NCBI GenBank assembly: GCA_054600435.1
Contig: BAAIJX010000004.1
Coordinates: 744,001-808,000 of the forward strand
DNA length: 64,000 bases
Source: Neophaeotheca triangularis
Lineage: Eukaryota
Direction of reading: 5' to 3'
The translations under genes and the position numbers were made by a program. The notes below the pieces were generated by a model. The model searched no databases, had not been told where the DNA came from, and saw only the letters and a list, made by a program, of their open reading frames with translations. Positions 1 to 10,622 of the stretch are shown here, one piece after another (position 1 is the first letter of the stretch; every line of letters begins with the position of its first letter).

Positions 1-565
1 CATGCTTGGTATGAGCCGAGTTGCAACTCAACGCCTGCGCGACCTCCTTGTAGACGACAACGTATATTTTCACGCCCCTCTCAGCAGCGCGCTTCAGGGT
101 TTTGTCCAGACGCCAGTCTAGTTCGAAAAAGGGCGGCCTGCGCAAGAACAATTCGGGGCTCAGCCACCAGTCTTCGATATAGATCGACTCTTTCGCATTT
201 TCGAGCGCGACGGAGACGGCCCAGAAGTAGTCCCGGCCGTCAATGTACCATTTGATGCGATTGCCCGCCCTCTCCGGCGCAAAAGACTGAAAACGATGGG
301 CCTCGGCGATTCTAGTGCGTTTGGCGTCGGTTGCTTGCTCGTGCTCCTCGTCGTGACGATGATTGGGATTGACCAAGTTCTTGAACTTGCCGAGACGGTT
401 CTTGAGATGCGTGGCCTTGATCTTGACGTCGTACAAGTGCGTGTCCTTCATCTTCTCACGCAGTTTGTCGGCGAAGTCATGATGGTCTCGGTGATCGGGT
501 TTGGCATCATCCGAGCCACGGGTTTGCTGGTCCGGGTGGATGCCCGCGCTCTTGCCGAAGACCAT
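1..565 (-). CDS. Phospholipase D (PLD/PldA-type), N-terminal part; runs off the window start
   Basis: Manual translation from ATG at 565 gives MVFGKSAG...HRFQSFAPERAGNRIKWYIDGRDYFWAVSVALENAKESIYIEDWWLSPELFLRRPP...RLDKTLKRAAERGVKIYVVVYKEV, typical of fungal PLD. It is absent from the ORF track because there is no stop in the window. Confidence 0.92.
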   Translation of the reverse strand, partial: MVFGKSAGIHPDQQTRGSDDAKPDHRDHHDFADKLREKMKDTHLYDVKIKATHLKNRLGKFKNLVNPNHRHDEEHEQATDAKRTRIAEAHRFQSFAPERAGNRIKWYIDGRDYFWAVSVALENAKESIYIEDWWLSPELFLRRPPFFELDWRLDKTLKRAAERGVKIYVVVYKEVAQALSCNSAHTKH

Positions 566-1214
566 GGTGATTAGGGCGGAGGGGGAGTCTCGGCGGTGTA
601 GGTTTGTAGGTGAAGGGGTAGGTGAGTGAGGGAGCAGGAGAGTGGGTAGGTGGGTGGGTGTGGGGTCTATCTGAACATTGACAAGGCCACTCTTCCAAGC
701 AAGCGAGCGAAGGGGTGGAGGAGCGCGTCGAAAAGGACGTGGGATTGTAAGGATGGAGGGGTGGAGGGGTGGAGGGTGGAGGGGCTGGGGATGTATGGGT
801 CGACAGACAGACAGACAGGCAGGCAGGCAGGTATATACCTAGGTACCTAATAAGGTGTCAATCTTGCTCTTGTTTGACTCTGGCGCGGGGCTAAAAGTGA
901 AGAAGCCAGTGATTGACAGCCCCGCGGACGTCACCTCGTCAATTTTGCGGGACAATCGACAACGCCCGTCGTCCTCCGGGGCAACCCGTCGACGATTGAC
1001 ATTATTACCTCCTAGGGGTGGCGGGGGCTGGGAGTTGAAAGACTTTGACCTAGGATACCTATCTATTTTACCTTATCGTTGTCGTTGCTGAAGCCGTCAT
1101 CGTAGCCCAACGAATCTGACTCGTAGGCCGCATGACGAGATGGTAAAGGAAAAGACCATGAGTGGAAGAGAAATTCCATGCCGAGTGAAAGGATACACAA
1201 TACACTCCCGCTGT

Positions 1215-3047
1215 CTACCACCCATAAGTCTCCACATGCAAAAAGATGCCCTGAGCACCAGTACCTTTATGCACCGCCCTCTCATCCGACAACGCGGCAA
1301 CATATGTCCGCGTCTGCGCCGTGACAGCAGGGCCTCCACACACAACGACCGCCGTCTCGCCCAAAGCAGCCTCAACAGGCCTCCGGATCATCGAATCGAG
1401 CGTGGGCCGTTGGCCGTGGAGCATTGTCAACCCTGTACTGCTCGTCGCTGTACTCGCCTTGCTCGATCTATGACAAAATCCAGCCTTCTCATCGCTCGTC
1501 GACCTCGCGCTTTCGGAGCTGGAACTCATATCGGAACGGTCCGTTGACCGCTGTTGTACGCTCATGTCATTCAGCTCGGTGCCAGACAGCATTTGCTCGG
1601 TCCTGTTCGATCTGGTGACGTGTACGGCAGCTCGGAGGACGAGACCTTGCTGTTGCGCACTCTCGACGACTGCCATCAACTCTCGCTGAAACCAGGCAAA
1701 GTGGTCCTCTGACCGGATGATCCAGTGGAGTGTGATATACCTCACGCAGCCACGTTTCCGGACTAAATTCTGCAAAACGGGGACGATGTATGAAGCACCG
1801 CTGGAACAAGCGATAAGCACGACTGTGTCGAAATGTAGCAGATCCGGTGGCGCACCCCACGGCCCGCTCAAAAGGGCGCGGTACTGTCGGCCCTGTGACT
1901 TGGTTGCGGCCTGGTACAGACTCCGAGTGAAGCCAGAGCGGGCCTGAATAAGGAAGGTGAGTCGACGCTGCTCGCCATTAAAGTGTTCGATCGGCGTGTT
2001 GGCGATGGTAAAGGGGTGGTTCTCGAATGGTCGCACTCGGGGCACCGAAAGAAATGCATGCTGTCCCGGTGTCCAGCTAAAGTCCACATCTTCAATTGAC
2101 AAGCGCACTGTCTCGCCTTCCAGCGCCTCCAAAGTGGCACTATATCCCGGCATGCGAAGCCGCGGTCGTCCCAGGACATGCAAATTCCGCAGCCCCGTCC
2201 ACACAAGCCGTCCAGCTCGATCCAGCACCAAGAAAGCCACCGACAGCCAAACATTGTACTTTGCGTAATCCGGAACGTGCACGTAAATCAACCACAATAG
2301 CAACCACCCAGCAATGATATGTTGCGCAACCCACACCTCATAGGCCAGCGCGCGGAAGAAGCCAAATCCACTAAGCACCAACCAGCCAATAACCCCCCAA
2401 GCCGCAAACCCATAAGTCACAATCGACGGCATGGTGCTGATCTGCCACTCCAAAATGCCCGCCAGCGTCCACTCACGCCAGAAATAACTCCAATGCACGA
2501 TGAGCGTCAGGAAAACCGTCCGCGCCGCCCATCTATGCAGCCAATTCAGTCGCTCGTAACCAATACCCGTCAAGGCACTAATCGGACTCAGCTTCGTCGA
2601 CAGCAGGTAGATCAAGGGGATCTGCATCAGCGACACCCATGCCGCTCGGTACCCGACAATCTCCCAGCGCATCAAGTCGCTGCCGCCCAGGATGGTGTTG
2701 CTCCAGAGCGCCGTGAGGATGAAAACCCAGTACGCGGCCAGGAAGAGCCAGTGCCCTGTGGGTAGAGGTGTGAAGAACCTGCTGAACCGTCCCGCGAAGT
2801 GGAGGGGTTGTGAATAGGTCGCTTCCCTGAATATCGCTATTGTAGTCGCCCACGCCTGACTGAAGGGATTCTGCGGTCGCGAGGGAACAGTCTTTGGGTG
2901 CCTCTCATGCTGCCGCCGTCGCTGTCGGCTTTGTAGGATGGTTGTGATGCGGATGATGGCTAGTAGACCGACCGTGCCAGCAGTGGTATACCAGAAGCTT
3001 CGTGCGATTAGCTGGTTCGTGACCAAATACATTGATGCCATGGACAT
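1215..3047 (-). CDS. Ferric/cupric reductase (FRE family transmembrane metalloreductase)
   Basis: 610-aa intronless ORF. Paired heme His residues in TM helices (WLHRW..VHW; QH..VH), FAD motif HPFT, NADPH-domain motifs GPWG and CGG. Confidence 0.92.
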   Translation of the reverse strand: MSMASMYLVTNQLIARSFWYTTAGTVGLLAIIRITTILQSRQRRRQHERHPKTVPSRPQNPFSQAWATTIAIFREATYSQPLHFAGRFSRFFTPLPTGHWLFLAAYWVFILTALWSNTILGGSDLMRWEIVGYRAAWVSLMQIPLIYLLSTKLSPISALTGIGYERLNWLHRWAARTVFLTLIVHWSYFWREWTLAGILEWQISTMPSIVTYGFAAWGVIGWLVLSGFGFFRALAYEVWVAQHIIAGWLLLWLIYVHVPDYAKYNVWLSVAFLVLDRAGRLVWTGLRNLHVLGRPRLRMPGYSATLEALEGETVRLSIEDVDFSWTPGQHAFLSVPRVRPFENHPFTIANTPIEHFNGEQRRLTFLIQARSGFTRSLYQAATKSQGRQYRALLSGPWGAPPDLLHFDTVVLIACSSGASYIVPVLQNLVRKRGCVRYITLHWIIRSEDHFAWFQRELMAVVESAQQQGLVLRAAVHVTRSNRTEQMLSGTELNDMSVQQRSTDRSDMSSSSESARSTSDEKAGFCHRSSKASTATSSTGLTMLHGQRPTLDSMIRRPVEAALGETAVVVCGGPAVTAQTRTYVAALSDERAVHKGTGAQGIFLHVETYGW

Positions 3048-3357
3048 GGTGGCGGTAGGTAGGTAGCCCTCGAGGGCGGTAGAGCACCTCAGCAGGTAGA
3101 GAAAGGTAGTAAGTATGTATTCGAGATTCGAGATTCGAGATTCGCTGTTTGTACGAGCAGCAACGCCTTCCCGATCGTAGGTGCTGTACTTTTTTGATCT
3201 TGGCGTCAGTCACGTCTTATATTGCGGCAGACATGTAGGAAAAAGAGCTCCAACATTCTCATGTCAGTTGGAGCCCTATGGACATTATTACGAGCGAAAC
3301 GAGGTTCGCATCACGGCACGGCGATCGGCAGGGCCTCGCCAAAAATCGAGGCGCATA

Positions 3358-3526
3358 TAAATGCTCAAAGAGCCAATGCGAGCTAGTCCCGTTCTGGATA
3401 GAAGTGAGCAAGTAAATGTGAGGCAAAGAAACATGCGTCGACGCGACTGGAACGGTTAATCAATGGTTCGGTTATCAGGGTGCCGAGTGCAAGAGTTAAT
3501 AATAATAAGAAACGGATACTTGCTCA
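3358..3526. promoter_or_regulatory. CuRE-like (Mac1/Cuf1-type) elements in the shared divergent promoter
   Basis: TACTTGCTCA at 3517-3526 and its exact reverse complement TGAGCAAGTA at 3405-3414, plus TAAATGCTCA at 3358-3367. The core resembles the yeast Mac1 site TTTGC(T/G)C(A/G). Confidence 0.6.
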
Positions 3527-3718
3527 AAATGCCACATGGGTCATGCAGGGTAGTAGTAGGTAGGGCCAGGGGGGAAAGTCAGGTAAAGTATCAAAACATT
3601 CATATGTCAGACAACCTACCTCCCGACTTCATCTTCATCCCTCACCTGCCATTCTTCTACCATCCTCAGTACTCCAAGGACACGTACCTAACAACTCAGT
3701 CCCTCCCAATCGTCAAAG

Positions 3719-3720
<2 letters not shown>

Positions 3721-3759
<39 letters not shown>
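3721..3759 (+). repeat. (AAC)13 microsatellite in the 5' UTR region
   Basis: Read directly from the sequence. Confidence 0.95.
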
Positions 3760-3760
<1 letters not shown>

Positions 3761-3775
3761 CTCTCAACCGCAACC

Positions 3776-4595
3776 ATGCTCCACCAAACCCTCCTAACCC
3801 TCGCCCTCACCACCCTCGCCAGCGCGCACTTTGAACTTCTCTACCCCCCAACCGCCGGCTTCGTCTCGGAGGACGAGCCCCAGAGTCCCTGCGGCGGCGC
3901 CAGCGTAAACGTCGACTCGGACAGCCCCGAAGTCCAAGTCGGCCAATTCGCCATCTCGGTCATGAGCTCGCACCCCTCAAGCGAATGGCAATTTTCCGCC
4001 ACCACGAACACAGAGCCGCCGTTCAATTTCACGCCCATTGCAAATGTCGTGCGCAGCGAGGGGAGCGGGGAGTTTTGCTTGCCGGCGCTGAGTGCCCCCG
4101 AGGGCTTCGCCGGCAGTGCGGGCGTGATCCAGGTCGTTGGCAGTGGGCATGATGGGTTTTTGTATCAGGTAGGTTTTACTCGCGCTACGTCGGTGGTTTT
4201 TTCTGCGGATAGGGACTCTTGCTGATCTCTTAACCAACCCCGTTTTTTAGTGCGCTCCCGTTAACTTTGTCTCCGGCTCCAACACCACCGTCGGCAGCGC
4301 TTGCAACAATGCTACGGATTTCTCCGCCGAGTTCACGACGATGGAGGCCATGGAGGAAGACGGAGAGGCTCTGGAAGATGGTGACGACGACGACGGTCAC
4401 AGCCATAGCCACGGTGATGATGAGGAAGGTCATAGCCATGGCGATGAGGCTTCCACCACTACTGCTGCTGCTGGTGCCGAGGAGACTGGAGATGCCGACG
4501 AGGCTGACGAGTCTGAGGGTGCGGCGGCCACGATGGGTGTCGGGAAGTTTTTGGCCGGTGGGCTGGGGCTGTTGGCTGCTGGGTTTGCTTTGTAG
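3776..4595 (+). CDS. GPI-anchored copper acquisition factor BIM1-like (X325/LPMO-like) protein with a His/acidic-rich stalk
   Basis: Exons 3776-4168 and 4251-4595 (GTAGGT...TTAG intron). Signal peptide MLHQTLLTLALTTLASA followed by mature His1 (HFELLYPP...SPCGG); later SHP, G.FC.P and DG.LYQCA motifs; stalk DDDDGHSHSHGDDEEGHSHGD; hydrophobic C-terminal GPI-type signal. Confidence 0.8.
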
Positions 4596-5868
4596 GGATT
4601 CTTTAACGGGGAGAGAGCTGCAAAAGTGCTGATGCTCACATTTCGGTCTTGTCGTTTGCATTAGCGGTTTGTGAAAGGGGGTGTGCTGTTCTTCTAGCCT
4701 CGACGTCTTGTCAACATCAACTCCAAACTCCTGACTGCTGTCTGCCACTTTCGCCCCTACGTTGTCCTTTGGTTGTTTTCATTGCAACTGCCTGATAAGA
4801 GACTGCCGTCTCACAGCCGCTCCCACGCGTGTTATCTGCCCCCAAGCTTCCGAAAACGCAGAGCACATCCCCAGCTCTCCATTATATGTACGTCCATGAC
4901 CAACTACCTCACAAACCTCTACGTGCGCACATCCAAAACTTTCGTCGACATGATTTAGCAAATCCACTTTTGGACTTGGAGAAACAGCGGAGATTTCGTA
5001 GGTTCACGGCACCTGCCCGCCACGAACTTCACTCAAATCAAACATGTCGAAGAAAGACAAACTGCTTCCATCTTGCTAACCGTGAGCAGCAAAAGAAGGG
5101 GAGGAACAGAACCAATTGAACAAGTCGTTCCACTTTCCGGAATTTTCACGTTGTTGATGCCTGGTCTGATGAATGCTTGCCACCGAATCCTTCTGAATAG
5201 CTAGGTAGACATCAAAAAGTACCGAGGTACGGACGTCGGGAGGTGCAATGGCCGCGCTAATGTCTAGTCAACGTTGCAGCCGTGATCAAATTGCTCGTGA
5301 CAAGCAGGGTAGCCTCGAGAGCACAGTCCTATCTTTGTGGAAGCGGTATAGATGACGGCTACCAATGATTATGGATCGTCCATCCGAGACTTGAACCTCG
5401 TGGAAGGTGCTACGAGCTATCGGAGGTGAGAGTGCTCCCTCGCCAGATTTGACCGAGGGCACCATACTATCGCCGAAAAGAGAGTGGCAGTACCGGGGTA
5501 AGATTCCTCCGACGAGCGCCTGGTCGTAAGCACTCGTCCTTTACTCTAGAAGAATAAAGTCAACAGTGTCGCCCGACTGTGCCGCAGCATTCACGCAATC
5601 CCACAAAGCATCGTCAAGAAGTTGGAAGCCTCTAGCGTCAGCTACTATACCGACGGTGAGGTCCATACCTTAAGCTAGTCGATTAACCGATTGGTCCCTT
5701 GTCGACAAATTTGTTGACACTGCCACCCACGTTCGGATCGAAGTCGCATTGCATCAGCGTTGGCAGCTGCTTCCGCAGGACGAAGAGTTGTCCTTTTCGA
5801 CGTAGGAGAACTCGTACTTGAGCACAAGTTTCCGCCTTGAGTACTTCGCAAACCAATCACAGTTAGTC

Positions 5869-6426
5869 ATGGACGACAACAAGGAGAAAACGCAACACCA
5901 GGACGCGGACGCGACACTGGCGGATTCAGGGAAAGCTCCAACGCAAGACTCAGGCGGCGACCGGAATCCCAGCGCCGTCGAGAAACCCACACCACCCACC
6001 TCCGAACAACGACCGCCCCTCGCCCCAAGGAGCAGTCAAGAGAGCACAGCAACAACAACCACGCTCCCACCCTACACCGAGCGCCCGGCCCAACCCCCAA
6101 GCTACAACAGCGGCACCAACACCGACACCACCCCAGCCCCCCGCCTCAACCTCACAGGCACCCCGCTGCCCCTCGGCGCCACTGGCCCGCGCCCCAGCTC
6201 CGGCCCGAACGCCGCCGCTGTCAGCGCCATGATGTCGACGTCGTCATCCAGCAACGACAGAATGCACACCCGGGGCGCGAAGAAGGAGGCCGGGTATTGG
6301 GATGAGAACCCGACTTTGAAGCAGAAGCTCAAGGAGAGCGAGGGGAGTACGAGGACGTGGAACTATTTTGGGGCGGATATTGAGCAATATGGGGGTCCTT
6401 TTAAAAGGTTTGGGAGGAAGAAGTAG
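5869..6426 (+). CDS. Hypothetical Pro/Ser/Thr-rich protein (185 aa)
   Basis: ATG at 5869 (MDDNKEK...). Shows the same C-rich 5' / G-rich 3' codon bias as neighbouring real genes; contains LPPY and PPSY motifs; no recognised domain. Confidence 0.6.
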   Translation: MDDNKEKTQHQDADATLADSGKAPTQDSGGDRNPSAVEKPTPPTSEQRPPLAPRSSQESTATTTTLPPYTERPAQPPSYNSGTNTDTTPAPRLNLTGTPLPLGATGPRPSSGPNAAAVSAMMSTSSSSNDRMHTRGAKKEAGYWDENPTLKQKLKESEGSTRTWNYFGADIEQYGGPFKRFGRKK

Positions 6427-7078
6427 AGGGGGGGTTGAGGGGGGACGATGGGTTAGGAGATGGGGGAAATTTGGTAGATGGGAGGGGGTGGGGATCAGGG
6501 CGGTGTGCGAGTCTTGCGGAGGAAGTTGTGTGTAGGGAAACTTTCTATATACTGTACCTAGTCGTAAGCCTAGGTAGGGAGTTAGGGACGTGAGAAATGG
6601 TTACGAAAGAAGAATTGATCCCCCTACAAGGTCTTGTCTTTAGGAAACGTTCAGATAGCTATGACGGGAGGGGATAGATCTAATGTCTCAAAGGAACCTT
6701 GCCCCATGCGTGAGTGAGAGGACCTTTAAGTACGTCTTTGTTGTTCTCGACAGATGATCTCTTTCCCCTTGGCTCAGTCCTACCGTCGACGTGTTCAAAT
6801 TACTTGGCTTGGGTATATGTTATGTATACCTACCTAGGTAGGTACGAACTCACATTCTAGACGTAGTAGTAGCCGGCCACGTGCCGGGCATGGATCGCTC
6901 GCTGTACATGGAAGGTGCGACTTGCCGAGGCCAAACAACCTCGGCCTTGGAGCTGGCTGGCATATGAATACCAGACACAACCGGACCAACCTTCATACTC
7001 CATTTGCATTCCTACATCTCTCCATAACCCCATCGTATCCCTACCCAACAGCTTCATCACTCCGACAAATCCTACAAA

Positions 7079-7181
7079 ATGGCCGCTCAACGTCTTTCCA
7101 ACGTCCTCTCCCACATTACCCCCGGCAAGAGCCCCATGGACGAGATGTAAGTCGGACGGCATTCCCCGCAGTTTGGTCGTG

Positions 7182-7213
<32 letters not shown>

Positions 7214-8599
7214 TGTTGAAAACTACCCAACTAACAACGCTTCTTCCAGCACCTCCCAAAACCCTGACGATGTGGTCATTACCCTCGCTATCCGAACCCC
7301 CCTCGCCAAGGCCCGCAAGGGTGGCCTCAAGGACACGCCCCTCGATGGCATCGTCTTCAAGATGCTGGAGCAGGTCGTCAGGAAGAGCAACGTGGACCCG
7401 CAAATGGTTGAGGATATCTGCTTGGGCAATGTAAGTCGTCAACTATTCGACAAACTATCTGGCCAACTGGTGTAATTCGAGAAGAGCGAGTATATCTGAT
7501 ACCACCCACCAGGTCTCCAGCGCCAAAGCCGCTTACTACGTCCGCGCCGCCTGCCTCGCTGCTGGCTTCCCCAACACCACCTCCGCCTCCTCCGTCAACC
7601 GTTTCTGCAGCTCTGGCCTCAAAGCCGTTCAAGACATTGCCAACCAAATCATAACCGGCAGCATCGAGTGTGGTGTAGCCATTGGCGCCGAATCCATGTC
7701 CGAGGGCGGCGATCGCCTTGAACGCCCCTTCGTTCCTGAAGTCATCAACGCCAGCCAAGAAGCCGCCGACTGCCTGCAACCCATGGGTCAAACGTCCGAA
7801 AACGTTGGCGCCGACTTCAACATCACCCGCGAGCAACAAGACCGCTACGCCGCCGAGTCTTACCAGCGCGCCGAAGCAGCCCAAAAGGCCGGCTGGTTCG
7901 ACGACGAAATCACACCCATCACTGTCAAGTTCGACGGCAAGGACGTTACCCTCACCAAAGACGAAGGCCCCCGCTACGGCACCACCTTCGAATCCCTCTC
8001 CAAAATCCGCCCCGCCTTTCCCGACTTCGGCGACCGCTCCACTGGCGGCAACAGCAGTCAAGTCACCGATGGCGCGGCAGCAATCATGCTGATGAAGCGC
8101 TCCAAGGCGCTCGAAATGGGCCAGCCCATCCTGGCCAAATACGTTGGCGCGACCGTCGCCGGGCTGGCCCCGCGCATCATGGGAATCGGCCCGTCTATCG
8201 CCATCCCCAAGCTGCTGACCAAGTACAACATCAGCATCGACGACATCGACATCATCGAGCTGAACGAGGCTTTTGCTTCCATGGCCGTCTACTGCAAAGA
8301 CACGCTCAAGATCCCACGCGAGAAAATGAACATTCGTGGTGGCGCCATTGCTCTGGGCCACCCATTGGGCTGCACAGGTGCCAGACAGATTGTCACCGGC
8401 TTGTCTGAATGCAGGCGGACAAAGAGCAAGATTCTGTTGACAAGCATGTGGTATGTTTTCCCCCTTAACTCCATATTACTTTCGAGCTTGCAGCTTGGAG
8501 GTGTTGGTTCCATTCGAGGATCTCTGCTAATTCCACATCTCTCATAGTATCGGAACCGGCATGGGCATGGCTGGTCTCTTCGTCAATGAGCAATTGTGA
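7079..8599 (+). CDS. POT1: Peroxisomal 3-ketoacyl-CoA thiolase
   Basis: Exons 7079-7146, 7250-7430, 7513-8450, 8548-8599. PTS2-like RLSNVLSHI; catalytic motifs NRFCSSGL, NEAFA, GHPLG and CIGTGMG. Confidence 0.93.
7182..7211 (+). repeat. (GAC)10 microsatellite in thiolase intron 1
   Basis: Read directly; lies inside intron 7147-7249. Confidence 0.93.
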
Positions 8600-10018
8600 T
8601 TTTTTCAAGACTTTCTCTCTTTGTAGATAAGACGAGCTAGGCGTAATTTACGGTCGAGGTGTCTTTTCAATTACTTTTGGAGCCTCCAACAGCATCCTCT
8701 CTTGGTTCGTTCCACCCATTGACAGTCCCCTGATCATCGAACGCTTTCCCGATCGACCTTGCCACGCCAACCCGGAACCTGCAATCCACACAACACCGTC
8801 AGCGCGGGCAATGTATGCGTACCTCGAGCTTAGGCCAGCCGAGCCCAGCCTAGCCCAGCCCTTTGCTCCACCCCCTTGACCCAACTCCCTTACCTGCTTA
8901 CCCACTGAACTGACCTACTCAAACAACACCACCAAACCCTCCCCCCTCCCGATACGACCGCGCCTAGCCCTACGCTATCCCTCGCGCACACATACCTGAC
9001 CTATGTACCGAAGACACCCAGGCCCAGCCCCAGGCCCAGCCCAGCTCAGTCCAAAATGCCTACCCACCAAACTCGAGCGCCCCAGGCCCAGCAGCAGCGA
9101 CACAAGTCTCTCGAGCGACCGACCGACCGACCGACCGACCGTCAGACTCTTCGATAGCTGAAGGGAGAAAAAGCCGCAGTATCGTGGTCCCGTGGCGCGG
9201 GAGACGAGGCTCGACTCCCTAGGTGGATCAAGTCTGAGTAAACAAAACAATTCAGCCAGCACGATCCACTCCCGCTGCGTTGAAAGCGCCATGGCTGTCT
9301 GATGTACATAGCCTTGGCCGAGGCTGAAGCTGAAGCTGAGGCGGAGGCTGAGGCGGAAAACTAGCTCCGTTTTTCCGCGGGTGTGTGTGTGTCCTTTAGA
9401 TTCGAAAAGGGAGCATTTACCCTTGATGCGTGTGCGGTGGTACATGACTGAGAGACGGATTTTGCTCGCTTGTACGGAGGGGCGGGGACCGAGATTAGGG
9501 GGAGGCCATGGGCTACTCGGTTTCGGCTACAAGCTCTCTCTCTCTAACTTTGATGGCCTCGACAGCACGCCCCGGGGACCAGGCTGTCTGTCTGGAGTGA
9601 TGGAGTTTTTGCATCCAGATGCTCGGGCCATGTGTGGTGAAGAATGGATAGCGCAATCCAGGTGTGTAAGTGTGTGCGTGTAGCTGTGAATCCATGGACT
9701 GAGGATGGTGCGTGCTACTCGGAGTCATTGTCACAGAGGAGGGGTGAATCGAAAGATAGACCGATTAGAGGAGATGGCGGGCATTCTCTTACGGAGCGAG
9801 GAGTATGGCACGGTACGGGAAGGTACGTATAGATCAAGTTGCACGATGTTACAAAAGGGAAAGAGGAAACCAGCTTCATCACCTCCGTCAGTTTCCCCAG
9901 CCAATGCCAACCATACCGTATCATAACTCAGAACCTGACGTTGGAAAGAAAAAAGGCAACAGAGAAAAGCAAGCCACGAAGACGATAGATCAATAATAAT
10001 AACGGCAAAACTAACAAT

Positions 10019-10250
10019 AATTGTTCAGGAGGTTCTCTTGCCCACCCCCCACCCACTAACTTAATAGCAGCTGTTGGTGTTCAACAAAGAGGGGCAGGCC
10101 TTCTGTTCCCGACCTAACCAACCCCTCGATCCCTCTTAATGAAAAGACGAATCAGGAGAGCTGGAAAGTAACTCAATCTTCCAAGCGCTCCGTTCCGAGC
10201 AATCTCATGGGAGAAAGCTCGGGCAGCCTCTACAGGCTGCATCGCTGGTT
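10019..10250 (-). ncRNA. Putative structured intronic RNA, H/ACA snoRNA-like
   Basis: Lies inside a minus-strand intron (donor GTAAGC at 10330-10325 right after an ATG; pyrimidine tract and CAG ending at 9935). Several stems are visible, with an ANANNA box (ACAGAA, 10106-10101) and an ACA (10024-10022) after a terminal hairpin. Confidence 0.5.
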
Positions 10251-10622
10251 TTCTCTTCTTGTGTCATGTGTCGTTTTGCGGTTTTGGTGTGATTGGCGAA
10301 GTGGGTGAGAGGGGAGGTAGGGTCGCTTACCATTTCTTGGAGGCGGGAGAGGGAAGAGGGGGCTTCGAATTAGACGGGAAAGAACTATCAAAGTTTTCCT
10401 CGTGTGTCTGTGTGTGTGCTGGAATACATGACCCTCCCATAGAACGAATCACATTAGAAACGCTCGCGGTCTCTCGGCCGTGGGTATGGCAGCAAAGATA
10501 GAATCAACAGCAATTTCCGAGACGTATGCCGCTTAGCGTCGCCTAGCCATTGTGCATTCGCTCGCCTCCAGAAAACGCCGTCAAGCAAAGCAAGCTATCT
10601 GTCAGCCGTGCTCGTGAGCTCC

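Noticed and set aside
4770..5680. Possible degraded gene between the BIM1-like gene and the hypothetical protein
   Set aside because: Only short ORFs and no recognisable motif.
7378..8361. Long antisense or alternate-frame ORFs (e.g. 7378-8361, 49151-49768, 53315-54376, 62909-63673)
   Set aside because: Shadows of real genes caused by GC-rich codon bias.
10019..10250. snR30/U17 or RNase P/MRP identity for the structured RNA
   Set aside because: The m1 motif (AUAUUCCUA) and convincing RNase P/MRP conserved regions were not seen.
8600..10620. Telomerase RNA (gap size resembles filamentous-fungal TER)
   Set aside because: No TAACCCTAA-type template found on either strand.
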